Assembly (NCBI GenBank): GCA_043228905.1
Contig: JBHGNT010000003.1
Coordinates: 3,162,001 to 3,226,000, forward strand
Direction: 5' to 3'
Origin: Azolla caroliniana
Taxonomy: Eukaryota > Plantae > Polypodiophyta
Length of the DNA: 64,000 nucleotides
Of this stretch, positions 12,099-26,249 are shown one piece after another; the stretch's first letter is position 1; each line of letters opens with the position of its first letter. Both the position numbers and the translations under genes were made by a program. Below the pieces are notes generated by a model. That model was given only the letters and a program-made list of their open reading frames with translations, had not been told where the DNA came from and did no database searches.

Positions 12099-14714
12099 GT
12101 GCAATTGGATTTGTGGCATAAAAGGTTAGGTCATGTAAATGTTCAAAAGCTTAAGCAAATGCAATATGGAAATGTTGTTCATGGATTACCAAATTTCAAA
12201 GGAGGTGATCCCCATCAATTATGTGAAGCATGTCAATTTGGTAAACAATCTAGATTGTTGTTTAAACGTGAGAAATATGTAAGCCAGTATCCACTTGAGA
12301 TAGTACACAATGTTGTATGGGGACCTACAAAAGAAAGTTCCATAGGAGGTAATAGATATTTTGTCACATTCATAGAAGATTATTCAAGAAAAGTATGGGT
12401 GTATTTTATAAAAAGTAAAGCTGATGTATTTTATAATTTTAAGAAGTTCAAGAATCAAGTTGAAAATGAATGTAATAGACATATTAAAGTTCTAAGGTCA
12501 AATGGACGGGGAGAATATTACTCCCATGAGGTCTCTAATTATTTGAATGATTGTGGAGTTAGACATCAATTTACATGTAGATATACACCACAACAAAATG
12601 GTGTAGCAGAAAGGAAAAATAGACACATAGTAGAAATTGCACGAGCTATGCTAAATGAAATGAATTTACCATTATATTTTTGGGCCAATGTTGTTTACAC
12701 TGCAATGTACATTTGTAATAGATGTCAAATTGCAAGTGTTCACTCGAAAACTCCAAAAGAAGCATGGAGTGAGAGAAAACCAAATCTCTCACATTTGAAA
12801 ATATTTGGATGTGTTTGATGAGCATGTTCCAGATGAACTAAGAACAAAGTTGGATTCAAAGTTTAAAAAACGTGTTTTTATTGGTTATGCTATAGAACAA
12901 AACGGATATAGATGTTATAATCCTAATACAAAAGATTTAAAAGTGAGTAGAGATGTTGTTTTTGATGAGCTTATTCCTTGGTATGGAAAATCAAAGTATG
13001 TTCAAGAAGAAGTGGAGCAAGAGGATGAAATACAAGTGAAAAAGGAGCACAGTGAAAGCAAAACACCAATTAGTTCATCAAAGAAAGAAGTGAGTCCATG
13101 GTTGGGAAGACTAAGAGACTAAACATCCCAAGATGAGAAAACAATCAAAACAAAAGGTAAAGAGAATTTAATAGAAGATGAAAAACAATTGTGGATTGAA
13201 GAATTAACTCGAAATGAGTTTTAAGAAATTCAGACCCCGGGTGTAAGGCAATCAAGTAGAGTTAAGTATCTTGTTGAACATTTAACTTATGATTCTTTTG
13301 TTGCAAAACATTATGCATATATGATAGAGATAATAAAGGATAAAGAACCTCTAAGTTTTGAAGAAGCAAACTTAGATAAAAATGGCAAAGTGCAACGGAT
13401 GAAGAAATGCAAGCATTGATAGAAAATAACACATGGAGTCTTGTTCCAAGGGTAGAAGGAAAACAACCAATTGGATGTAAGTGGATTTATAAAATTAAAA
13501 GGAATGTTGATGGTTCTATTGCAAGATATAAAGCTAGAATTGTTGCTAAAGGGTATGCTCAAAAATATGGTTTTGATTATGAAGAAACATTTAGTCCAAT
13601 GGGTTGAATGACTACAATTAGAGTATTGATAGCACTTGCAGTGTCAAAAGGTGGAACTTATATCAACTTGATGTTAAAAATGCATTCCTCAATGGAGAAC
13701 TTGAAGAGGAAGTGTACATGGAGCAACCACAAGGGTATATGCATCAACAATATCCTAATTATATATCCAAATTAAAGAAAGCATTATATGGTTTGAAACA
13801 AGCTCCAAGAGCATGGAATAATAAATTGGTAGAATATTTGGTGAAGTGTGATTTTATAGTTTCGAATTCTGATTCATCTTTATATATAAAGCATAATGGA
13901 AAACATATAGTTTTATTATGCATATATGTGGATGATTTAATACTTAGAGGTAGTTGTGGAAAAGATATCCAAGATATAAAGGAAAAGTTGAAAGAAGAGT
14001 TCAAAATTTCAGATCTTGGAGAACTTAAATATTTCTTGGGTATAGAAGTAATCAAAACAAATGAAGGTATATACTTAATACAACGAAAATATATTCTAGA
14101 TTTATTAAAGAAGTATGGCATGATTGGATGCAAACCATTAAGCCAACCTATGGAGCCCAATGTGAAATTAGAAAAAGATAATGGTGAGAAAGTTGAAAAT
14201 GTTCAACTATAGAAGCTTAATTGGTTCACTATTGTATGCAACTATAACAAGACTAGATATATCTCATGTAGTAGGTGTTTTCGCACAATTTATGCAATCA
14301 CCTACATGTGTTCATCTGAATGTAGGAAGAAAGGTTTTACAATACTTGAAAGGGACAATTAATCATGGTTTATTTTATGACAAGGTGAATGATTTAACAA
14401 TTAGTGCATTTAGTGATGCAGATTGGACAGGTTCAGTGAATGATAGAAGAAGCACATCGGGGTATGTTTTCTTGTTGGGTACAACAACTATTTCATGGAA
14501 TTCAAAGAAGCAACCAACTGTAGCTCTTTCCTCAACAGAAGCAGAATATAGAGCTATGACAAATGCAATATGTGAAGCAATGTGGATAAAAAAGCTTATG
14601 AAAGATTTATGCATTGAGAATTTACAAATCATAATCTATTGTGATAACATGTCAAGCATTTATTTAGCTAACAATCCAGTGTTTCAGGCTAAGAGAAACA
14701 TATATTTACTCTAA
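12099..14714 (+). pseudogene. Ty1/copia element 2 integrase-RT-RNase H, decayed, gag missing
   Basis: [65 protein letters not shown]...RRSTSGY, SSTEAEY, in copia domain order. Confidence 0.93.
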
Positions 14715-15167
14715 AAGTAGTGAGCAAGATAAAAAGTAAAAGAGTAATTCTATGGTGGAGCAAAGAATTGTGCATAAAGGAAGAAAAAGAGCAAAGCACT
14801 AGTAAAAAATATATGAAAAAGAAGAACCACTCAAATTAGACATGCAACTAGAAAGACATAACCTCTCCTATATAAAAGGCAATGCATAGATGTAAGTTGT
14901 GTGCTAAAAATAGAGAAGGACCCTCCACAAGCTAGAGTTAGCTTATGTTATTCCTCTTCTCTCCTATATCATCTAAGCTATTCATGCTCATGTATAAGCA
15001 ATAATCTTCTTCTAATATAATCTATTTTATGTATATGCTTGTCCAATTACATGAATTTCTACTTATGTCTCATGATATTTTAGTTTCTATCACCAACTAA
15101 ACATATATTATGAATTACAAGTGGCCTACTACTCTTCTAGCTATGTGAGAATAGCATAAATTCTCAC
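14715..15167 (+). mobile_element. Possible 3' LTR remnant after copia 2
   Basis: TATA CCTATATAAAAGG at ~14867 and end ...TTCTCACA; no clear PPT or 5' boundary. Confidence 0.3.
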
Positions 15168-15487
15168 AACAAACATATACATCTTCAAATTAACGTGAAT
15201 CATCCTGGACAAGACATAAAGTGTATCACATAATGGTGTAGTCTTTATTTCTAGTGATTATAGTATAACAAGTTGCACTCACAATTGGAAAAAGAAATCA
15301 TAGCTAAAAACAATGAAAATAAGTTAACTTAACCATTGACAAAAATATATTAAGTTGAAAGTAATCTAGCATTGCAGTATTGGCCCACAAGGAATCTATA
15401 TCAATGTCCTAGGAATGAGGTTTATCATTGGAAATTAAAATTATATATTGTCTAAATTTTTTATTTCCATAGCTACTTTTCGATGGC

Positions 15488-15665
15488 CATCCATAGTTGC
15501 TACTTTTGGTGGAAAATTTTGTATTATCACGACATACAACCATAGCTACTTTTTGGGGAAATTTTTGTATTATCTCGGCACACATCCATAGCTACTTTTG
15601 GTGGAAATTTTCGTATTATCACGGCACACATCCATAGCTGCTACTTTTGGTGGAGAATTTTGTAC
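15488..15665. repeat. Minisatellite, ~46-bp unit, ~4 copies
   Basis: Unit CATCCATAGCTACTTTTGGTGGAAATTTTCGTATTATCACGGCACA. Confidence 0.85.
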
Positions 15666-16766
15666 GTTCTTTGACATCTTAATGGCTTTCTAAACTGAAG
15701 AACGATCATAGTGAAATGAAATATATTCTTACAACACTGAGGAGATCTACCAATTAATCGGTCGATTTAGGGTTTTCTCTCCATATCGTATTAGGGATTA
15801 TCGCTGCAAGAAGACATGCACGGACCTCTTTCTGTGGCCTCAAGACTTAGCAACTTTCAGCTTCGTTTCCGAGCTTTGTCTCCATGTCCGGGGAAGCCAA
15901 ATTGATCAATCTAGAGTAGGACTTGAAATACATATTTATGACAATAGCTCCGCAGATTGATGATGAACATCGATCTATTGTAGGACAATTGGTGTGGAAG
16001 CCAGATTTATGAGATGTTGAGCATCATGTTATCTTTTTCATGTTTCATACAACGGCTCCAATTAGATTTCAGGTTGATCTATGTTTTTGTTTGAGAAATG
16101 AATAGGAAAACCCCAAGGACCAGATTTATATAGCTTGAATTACCCCCCTATACACAGAAATAGGTAGGCCAACTTTAGAATTTGAGTGCATTGTGAAATC
16201 TTGTAGCATTACACGTTTGTGTTCAATAGGAATCATGAATCTCAATTTCAACTCCTATTACCTGTTATCATTTCCTTCAAAAAAATCTTATTTGATAAGT
16301 AGGCCATTTTTGGAATTTGAATGCATCATGAAAGATTTAGCATCAGTAGACAATGATACTGAGGCACAATGGATGCACGATATGTTATTTACATAGGAGA
16401 GTGTCTAAGCATGATAGCAACAGAGAGATGATACAATAGTTTGCTCCACTCAGTTTGTTCTTGCTTGTATACATTACCTTTTCTAATGGCTAACCATAGC
16501 TAATGCATTACCTTCTCAATCATCCACTCTGTTGACCACAGTCAAGAGTTCTATGATCTTTGGCATAAGATTACCTATGACTAGAATCGGACAACCCACC
16601 CAAAAGTTTTGTTGGAGGACCTTGTTGCATATAAGTTATATGAGGGTGATCTTGTGATATCCTACCCTTACAAACTTTCCATTAGCTTTTTTACTAGTGT
16701 TACAAGCCAAAACCAAACTTGACCCCCTTTCTGTAGTTGGAGGAAATCCTCTAGACTCTTATGTTA

Positions 16767-16915
16767 TGTAAGGTTGTCCCTCCTTACGAGAGAGTCGGTT
16801 GGAAAGCTAAAATCGGCTGAGAAACCGAAATGAGAGTCGGATGGCCGAAACAAGACTCGGCCAAATGGACGAATATATATATATACACACACATACATGT
16901 GTATGAGTTAGGTTA

Positions 16916-16953
<38 letters not shown>

Positions 16954-17913
16954 GTATTGCCTGCGGGTGTATGTGAGATAACTCACTGAGAATATAACAG
17001 TGAGAAAAGCACGAAAGTAATACTTGTGTTGTGGGTGAGCACGGGAGAAAAAAACGTTGACAGTGAAGAGCACGAGAGTGCTAACACAGTAGTGGTTGTG
17101 TGAGAGAGCGATAGAGAGCTAACACAGTAGTGGTTGTGTGAGAGACATAGCTCTATAGTTGAGTGTGAGAGGAAGCAAAGAAAGAAGAGTGAAACAGAGA
17201 AGAAAGAGAGAGATAGAACAGAGAAGCTTTGAGAGCTTCAAAAGAGATAGATACCAACGAGTTAGGTTTTGGTGCACTCGGCTAAAACTGTGGTTTCAAA
17301 TAATAACCTGGGAGTACATCCATACCTAATCAGGTTCTATCATTCTATGCTTGTATTTTCTCGTCTCATAGTGGAAATCTTTGTTCACCGTGGTTTTTCC
17401 CTGAAGTCAGGGTTTTCCACGTAAATCATGTGTTACTTGCTTTATTCTGATTGTGTCTATGTATATTTGTGGCTTACGTCTGAGTGCTAAATCTATCAAA
17501 CTAGTATTAGAGCATAGGTTCTAGATGGAAGGGAGTGTGAGTGGCTTTCCGGGGATGATTGTCCTGAACTCACAAAACTACTCAGACTAGAATATTAAAA
17601 TGGAAGATCTTCTAATTGTCAAAGATCTGTATGAACCCATAGAGAGGAAGGATATACGAGTAGGGGTAATAGAATCTGAGTGAAAAACTCTACATAGAAA
17701 GGCAGTGGCAACTATGAGATAGTGTGTAGACATTAGCGTCCTACAACATGTAGCAAGTGATACAAATGCCTATGAGTTGTGGCATAAACTCTCTGTCTCG
17801 TACGAAAGGAAAAATGCCCTGAACAAGACTTCCCTAATGAGGAAAATAGTAAGGCTAAAGTACATAGATGGTGATAGCATCGTGGTGCACATAAGTACTT
17901 TCAAGGGCATATA
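16767..17913 (+). mobile_element. Copia element 3 fragment: LTR (to 17498), PBS (17502-17513), decayed Tnt1/Tork-like gag start (17525-17913)
   Basis: GGGTTTTCCACG LTR motif; PBS TAGTATTAGAGC; gag MEGSVSGFPGMIVLNSQNYSD*NIKMEDLLIVKDLYEPI...ELWHKL...KNALNKTSLMRKIVRLKY. Left LTR edge approximate. Confidence 0.8.
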
Positions 17914-20900
17914 ATTTTTGGTTGACATCCAAGAATGCTTTGGGGAGGCTTTGAAATCATTGAACTTTCCTCTAACCTAGGGGTATTTGCAAATACTAGC
18001 AGCAATATTGATCTTTGTTTTCAATACTCATGTTCGGGGAAGTTGGGGTGATGAAGTTATAAGTGGGGAGTTTGTATGGCTATGAGTGATAGGTTCATGT
18101 TGATGCATAGCATGTGTGTGTGTGTATGAACTAGCTAAAAAGGAAAAGGAGATGAAATGACGACTCGATTATTTACATGGTATAGTTGAAATAAGTATGA
18201 GAATAATAGAGACTTTGGGGGCATTAAATTCGGTGTTCGGTTTCTTGGTGGATGTTGCATTAAATACTAGAGAAATACCTATTACTTATCATGTTATGAG
18301 CTCTAATTACTACTCAATGCCATTACAAGTGTCAATTAAAACCCATAAACAATGTAAGGAAACAGTAAATCCTATAAATTTTACTAACATTAACAACAAT
18401 GTAGCCTTTCTGTATAAGCCACCTTGTATGGCCTTTCTGAACAAATCTCTCTTAACTAATGGGAAAGTAGCTCCTTTTTTGAAAAAAAAAAACATTATCG
18501 ACAGTAATGTTTTGAATAAGAAAGAAATCATGTATCATAATGCATTTATGTTTATGTTTTTTTAACGTCTTGGTTATTCCTAGTTTTAACATTTCACTAG
18601 ACTCGAGAATAAACTATATGAGCACAATCTCGGCAAAGAACAGGCTAATGTTGGCCATAATCAAACTAACCCAATGCTCACAAGCACTTAGATGGACAAG
18701 AACGATATAAAGATCTATTTAAGCAATATAAAACACAGATTCTTATATTTATCCTTTGCAAAAAACTTATTCACATTGTTTAAGCTTCAATTCATCATAG
18801 TACATATGCATTGCAACGAGACTGTGTGCATCATGTTTTCTGTGGATATGATTCTCCGTCTTTAAACTACCTAAGGATATAGCTTCATAATATCACCTAT
18901 CTTCAGAATTAAATAGAAATGAACATCCATGTATAGAGTTAGAAATGACCAATGATTGGGATAAATCAAATGAGAATTTGAACAATTTGTTTAGTGTAGT
19001 TCTTCGTTGTTCTTGTGTTTCCAATATTTCAACTTTCATCTTCCCAAATTAAGATCTATGTGTGGCATGTAGATCTTGTTACCGGTTCTCATTCCTAGAT
19101 GTAATCTCAAATCATGATTTTATGGCATGAAGTTTTTTTCTATGACTTTTCATTCCTAGGCTAGTGATATATATTATAGATTCCTTTTGGGCCAATATTT
19201 CAATGCTAGCTTACTTTCAACTTTCTACATATTAGACTTATAAAGCAATAGATCAAGTTTTTTCTTTACCTATGTACCATATTTCCTAATATGGAATTGC
19301 CAATCCAGTTAGAATAAAAACATTTATTGATTGATTACTGAATTATTATTATTTTTATGTATGCATTTTGCCTAGGGTACTTTCATTGATATAAGGTGCA
19401 AGTATTTAAATATGGCCGGATTTTTAAATCATACTTTGAAGAATTCTAAAATACCCGACCAATATGTATCTAGTGTTTTATGATTTCCCCATTAAATCAT
19501 TGAGTTCTCCTTGTTGTATTAGTTTAATGCACCCATTGGCCGTAGTATAAAATATATACCAAGAAGCTAGATGTGGCGTGAATAGTGATCAGGTTACTAT
19601 AGGAGCTCATGTAGGGTTTTACTATCATCCCTCTGTTATGGTGAGCTTATTATATAAATTCACCATAGAGAAGACAAAGGGGTTTCATTTAGAGAGGGAA
19701 AGGGAGAAATTGACCACAGGTGTTTGGGGGAATAACACAAAACCAAAACAAGCTATTGGAGTCCAAAGGACACAAAGGCTAATGTAGTTCTTTGACACAT
19801 GTGCATATATATGTTCAAATTGCAACAATACGTGCATATCGGCAATGATAAAAGTGCAAATGTGTTTCAAGTTTATTTGCAATTGACCTTAAAAGTTTTA
19901 CTATTAATATTAGAGAATGAAGATCTAATATGTCAATCCCCATGAGTCACTCCTCATTCCTTAACCCCCCATTATCTTAATAACCATGGCATTAACGCCT
20001 GTTTCATTCACAAACAGGTCTTGTACTTGTAACGCTTACATTTATTTCTGATACTTGTAACAAATTACTCAGTAATACATGAATCACTAGAAGGTTTATC
20101 TCAAGTGCAATTCTCACCCTATCTCTTTGCCTTTTTCATCTTCTGTATGTACTAACTTGATACTTTCTTGTAGATTAAGGTTGTTCACATTAAGTATCTC
20201 TCCGCATTTCACGCATCCATGCCTTCTTGCACTCATATTGTAGGGTGATATGAATTATGTCTCAGTTATTAGCAAGAATAATTTGAGAAGAAATGGGGAT
20301 GAAATGGCTCCTCAATGATTTGTATGGTGTAATTGTTTGAGAGCAACTAAGTATGAAAATAACGGACTCTTCTTGTACATTTACAGGAAGAAAAGCCATA
20401 GCTTTATATGGAAGGCAGAAGCAAGAAGAGAATAAAGGCCACAGTTCCATACATCCGTCAAATGCCCTTTACCTTCGCCTTCTTGTCTATCCTTCAGATA
20501 TCTAATTCTATTTTTTTGGCCTTCTCTTTCCAAAGTGCTCTTTTGACCTATGGTTAATTAGGCTTTGTTTGCCCTTCTAACGCAATCAATTAGGGTTTGA
20601 TCTGGTCCAGCTCTGATGGAAAGCTAGGATTTGTTTTGTCCAGCTAGTAGGGTTTCTGGACTGCCGTGCTCTGTTTCCTGTTAATACTTATCTTTTAAAT
20701 TACTGATTTCCATGTCTCTTTTTTGCATGTGAATGTCGTTGTCGTCTTCACCTCTTTTTTGCATCTGATACTTGTAACAGATTACTCAATAATACATGAA
20801 TCACTAGAGGATTTATCTTAAGCGCAATATTGGATCAAACGTAGCATGGCCGACCATATTTTCATAATCAAATAAAACCTGCTGCATATTAGCCCTTGGG

Positions 20901-21709
20901 TCAAACTGACAACAATGCATGGTAGTTGCTGCCTCTTGGTTCTTATCTATTTATCAACTAGTAGAGAGAAAAATCGGAGGGATACTGTATTGGAAATGTT
21001 TCAACCAACCACCCATTTGTTGGGTTCACAGGATGAGGTGATTCTGTCTAGCTACCTTTCAGGGAAAAAAACCAGGAATTGAGACGTAGCAAAATTTAGG
21101 TTTTGGATGCTCAATGATTCCTTATGAAAAGCTAGAATTTGTGAGAAGAAGTTTTAACACTCGTGAAATTAGAGGACGCTATCAATGGTGACTAGAAGTT
21201 GGATTGAGTCAAAAGAGTGAGTAAGCCAGGGTAAAATGGAGTTTGCTAAAGCAATGAAGATGCCATTTCTTGTCGTGAAGACTAAAGTTTCATATTCTAC
21301 CAAGTTCTAATGGCTATTGAAACAGCAAATGTATCAAGTCACTTATTTTCAATGCTATGGATATTTTGTTTATGTTTGCAATGTGTTCAACTTGTAGGTA
21401 ATTTGATGAACATAGGATCAGGAAGGAGACGATGATGAAGAAGAAAAATAAATTGTGCTTCAGTACTTCATTGCGACAATCAATTAATTTAACTCCCACA
21501 ATATCTATCTCCATGAATCCATCAATCATCAAACGATTCACCATATGTACATAATCCTTCACAATTTCATAAGGCAATGTGGATTATAAATATGTACATA
21601 AATAACAGGAAATAATTAAATTAATAAATCAAACCGAAATCTCAAATGAATAATAAAGCTCCATACTCGATTGTGTTGTGCTTCTTCATTTTAACCCTAG
21701 GGTTTATGG

Positions 21710-23190
21710 TTAGGTTAAATTTTGGGTTTGTAAATAACCTATAGCTGAATAGGCTGCCTGGTATATTGTAGGTGAGGGAAGTAGAAACGCCACAATGAAT
21801 GATGTCGTTAACCATGGCCGAGAACAGAACTTTTCACGAAACTCTGCATACCAGTGGCGCTTACGGGAGGAATGGTGGGCCACTATATCATGGATCATCT
21901 GCTCCCATTTTTTTGGATTTGTCATTGTAGGGCATGTTGTTCCACATGTCGACGAACCTCTCATCATTCCCCATGTGGTTCTCTCTATGACTTTGGCCTT
22001 TGTCAAGCTTGCGAGATCCTCTGGAGTGTCGATGAGCATGTCCATGATGATAACATACATAGCAAACTCACCCCGTTTTTTGGAAGTTATTTCGTGTGCA
22101 ATGAGGTTCCTCAGCACATCCTCTGTGTTGTCATCCACTACATGGCGTGGAAGATGGAGCTGAAGTTTCCTCTTGTCATACTTCATCACTGATATGTTAC
22201 CTTCACAAGCCTTGAATGAAATGCCGGCTTTATTGAGTTGGGACATTGTTGGCAGACTAACAAATTCCTTTTTCTGAGTTTCTTGTTTTTTGGTCTTTTT
22301 GCACATCCTCAATTTCCTCAGGAAAGAAAAACATGAATGAGCAGATTTTTTTGTGGATTCTTCTTCTTCCACAGTGCACGAATTGTAGAGGGAATCAAGT
22401 AGATGCTCGCAAGTATAGACCAATGCTATCTTTTTTTATTCTGAATCAAGAAATTCTAAAAATCTACTCCTTACAGCTTCACTAGAGAAGAATGGATTAC
22501 TGCGGACAATAAACTTCCTCATGGTTCCCTCTAGATCAGCCAATGAGCAGTCCGGAATGTTAGGAATCTTCTTTAGACATGACATGGGAATTTGGTTGCC
22601 TATCAACAGCAAGTTCCTCTTTATTCGCACTTGGAGTGTAAGGTCATTAGAGTAGAAAGTGGAAAGTGGCAAAGTATCTGCAGACACTTTCCATAGGTTG
22701 GAGTAGAAACAGTAAGAACTCATGAATGAAGACGGTATCGACAGTGACCTGAAATTGGAGCAACTCAAACTCAGATTGGGAGAGGTTGAGATTATAGATG
22801 CGGCCAAGTTCATCTGATTGATCAGGGGTGAGGTATTGAATGAGCTTTCCAACAGCTGATATACCATGTCTTTCCATGAATTCCCTTCACACATATTGCC
22901 TTATAATTATTAATGGGGGAAGGCTTAAGATTTTGATACAATGGACCGATGGTCACTGATTTAGGGTAATACGCCTCTGGCTTCACTTCCAACAATGCTT
23001 CGGGAGGCTTCGAAATCATCCAACTTGGCTTCGAAATCATCCAGCTTTTGTTGGACACCAATGCATCATGAACATGCAGATTGATCTTCTCCTTCATGTA
23101 GTCTCTCCATTCATCTTTGGTGAAGTTGAGGGATTGATGATCAGGTTCACCCATTGGAATTGTAATGTTCAATCTGGTATTCGAACCCAT
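21710..23190 (-). pseudogene. DUF247/UPF0481 pseudogene, copy 2 (subfamily B), near full length
   Basis: VKPEAYYPKSVTIGPLY, VTVDTVFIHEF, LLLIGNQIPM, EHLLD, LPTMSQLNKAGISF, LHLP...DDNTEDVLRNLIAHE, MDMLIDTPEDL, RPWLTTSFIVAFLL (C-terminal TM helix); several frameshifts. Confidence 0.92.
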
Positions 23191-23192
23191 CT

Positions 23193-23254
23193 CTTCTTCT
23201 TCTTCTTCTTCTTCTTCTTCTTCTTCTTCTTCTTCAGATTCTTCTTCTTCTTCT
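23193..23254. repeat. (TTC)n microsatellite in the 5' leader of DUF247 copy 2
   Basis: Direct reading; lies immediately upstream of the ATG at 23190. Confidence 0.95.
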
Positions 23255-23664
23255 CCTGTGGGGCACTAATTAGTTGATATGTTCTTGTAGGATTACGTCA
23301 AGTAGTACCACTCCTCTTTTTATACATCTCTATGAGTTAATCCTGACCTCAGATGATGAGAGAGTCTATATTCTATGTATCTATTTATTTATGTATCATG
23401 AAAAGAGAGAGAAAGAGAGATTAGGATGAGCATCTGTGATGTCTGGAGCATATTTGTGAAGCAAAGAATCATGTGATTTTTAATAGGAAGCAGATGCTCT
23501 ATTCAATTCTAATTAATCAATTCTTGTATGCTTCTAAATTTGAGAGATGAAGTCTTTTTTTAGTGCTTCCCTCTCTATGAACCATCAATGATCGATCATA
23601 ACACATTAGCAAAACACAACACTGAGTTTTTCGTAAGTTTTTCTACCAAATCATGTAAACCTCA

Positions 23665-23930
23665 ATATAGAAAAACTTCCACCCTTGACTCTTATTGGAT
23701 CCCACCAAAATGAGGTGACATGGTTACCCTTGACTCTTCTTGGATTGCACCAAAATGTGCTAACATCAGTATATAAAATCTTCCACCCTTGACTCTTCTT
23801 TGATCCCATCAAAACGTGTTGACATCGATATAGAAAGACTTCCACCCTCAAGTCTTCATGTATCATACCAAAGCATGCTAGCATCGATATAGAAATACTT
23901 CCACCCTTGGCTCTTCATGGATCCACCGAA
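23665..23930. repeat. Degenerate minisatellite, ~59-bp unit, 5 copies
   Basis: Core ACCCTTGACTCTT recurs at about 23681, 23726, 23786, 23844 and 23903. Confidence 0.8.
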
Positions 23931-24413
23931 CCCAACTAAGAATTTGCTTCAATAAGCTCATCTGTCATGTGAAAGAAGAAAGGGAATATCTGATGACCGA
24001 TGATTGAGATAAATCAAATGAGAATTCACATGACCTAGTCCACATATATGAGTTTCAATTTATGATTTCTTTTGTATGCTCAAGTTATTTGTTGGTCACA
24101 AGTCTTCCATTCAACTTCCATCTTACCAAATAATAGTTTTGGGGCATATGGATGATAAGGAAGACTATATTCTATCTATTTATCTATCTATGAAAAGAAG
24201 AGAAAGAAAGAGAGATAAGAATGAAAATATGTGATGTCTCAGCGTATGTGAGGAGCCAAGAATCATGTGATTTATAATAAGAAGCACATGCTCCATTCAA
24301 TTCTAATTAAATCAATTCTTGTATGCTTCTAAATTTGAGCGGTGAAGTCTTGTTTTAGTGCGTCCCTCTCTGTGTACCGATCAATGACCGATCACAACAC
24401 ATTTGCAAATCAC

Positions 24414-24570
24414 AGGGAGGAAGAAGGCGGCTCTCTCTCTCACTCACTCACTCACTCGCTCACACACACACTAAACTCTCTCCGAACACACACTACTAAG
24501 ACGAAGACCAGTTTTGGCCTTTTCACACTTAGCATGTATGGGGGATACATGTATAACAATCTCCCACTAA
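24414..24570 (-). mobile_element. PPT plus truncated LTR start of an LTR element
   Basis: The minus strand reads TTAGTGGGAGAT-TGTTATAC (copia-style PPT then TG at 24558). It interrupts a module that is continuous in the 23350-23620 paralogue. Confidence 0.45.
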
Positions 24571-26249
24571 AAGGCCTAAACTAGGGGTACGAATAATGGA
24601 AGGTTGAGCTGTACAAGACCAAGACCTATACCTCCTACCTGATGGGCATGTTACACAATATGGCATTATGTTATACATAGTCTTAATAATTTCTAGTAGT
24701 AGTAGAACAAGTTGCTGACTCACTATGAAAACAACAAGAAGTGTAAAATGTATAGAAAGTTGCAAAATATGTAAGAAGTACAGAAAGTTGGAACTAAACC
24801 CAACATTGCAGTGGCCGATAAGGAATCTTTATAGCTATCATGGGAATGAAAACTCACAGAAAAGTCTATATGCCAAAAAGTCGGGATTTGAGACTAACCA
24901 TGTCGCTTTCTGTAGTGATTAACATATATCTTATTCGTATGAAACATTTTTAGGCATTGAGAAATGTACTGATTTTCCACTTCTGCATCAAGATTGTGTA
25001 TTTCTCCCAATTTCTAAAACTAAAAATACTCACTATATGAAAAGTCTTATATCATTATTGTTAAGTATTTATGATACCCAAGGTTTTCAATAATCCAAAT
25101 CTGAACATTTTTAATTGACTAATTTCGAATGTATATTTAGGTAGAATCTTTGCTAAAACGAGCTGTTAGTGGCCAAAATCAATGCCTGTGGATAATACCA
25201 ATGTCAAGGTTTGCTACCGTGACAACATTTGTCACAAAATCGTCCATTTGTTCATAATAAAATAAGCAAACAAAGACAGTTTGGAAATGTTTCAACCAAG
25301 CACCCATATGTTAGGTTCAATTGATGAGGTAATTCTGTGGAGCTACCTTTATGGGAGAAAAAAGCAAGCATTGAGGTGTAGCCAAATTTGGTTTAGCATG
25401 GTCAATAATTCCTCATGAAAAGCTAGAATTCGTGAAAGAAGTTTTAATACTCATGAAATTAGAGGATGCTATCAATAGAGACTAGAAGTTGGAGCCATTC
25501 AAAATAGAGAGTAGGCCAGGCTGAAGTCGATGTTGCTAAAGCAATAAAGCAATGAAGATGCCATGCCTTGTCATTAAGACTAAAGTTTTACATTGGTACT
25601 AAAGAATCAAGATTTTATCTACCAAGCCCCCATGGCTCTTGAAACAGCAAACGTCCCAAGATGCTCCTACTTCATACATTTTTTAAATCCCAGTGTCTCT
25701 ATCATCTCTTCACATGGTGAATTGATCTTTCAGTATATAGTGTTGTCTGGTTTGTCGCATGATAATCTCACTCCCGAAGGACCAAAGTTCCATATTTTCC
25801 CATAGTTTGTTTTAGTACATATTAGTAATTGTAAGGCATTCTAGGTTTTTGATTGAACCCACTATCCATTAAGTTGGTGCAATATGAAATGTTCAAATAT
25901 TTCAATTCTTTGTATCTCATAGAAATTGCAGCAATGCCTCTATTGGCTATTGTAGGAGACCTAACAAAGAATATAATGCAATCATTAATTTCACATGATA
26001 TAACAATGCTTAAGATTTTGGGAAGTTAACATTGTTTACGATCAAAAATATACATGTATATGTCGTGTACCCTAGCTTAGTATTGAAAATGTCATTCATT
26101 GTGTTTTCTCTTTCTCTCTCCCATTTTTCTCTCTATTCTGATCTCCTGTTTTTCTCTCTGCTGGTAGATAGATAGATAAATAGATTGTTGAGGGTCTATG
26201 GAATGGTACTTAACCTTCTACAAGAAAAGATAGCAACAAGGAAACCCGA

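Noticed and set aside
21710-23190. Frame changes in DUF247 copies explained by introns
   Set aside because: Conserved motifs abut across the shifts with little or no intervening sequence, which indicates small indels rather than introns.
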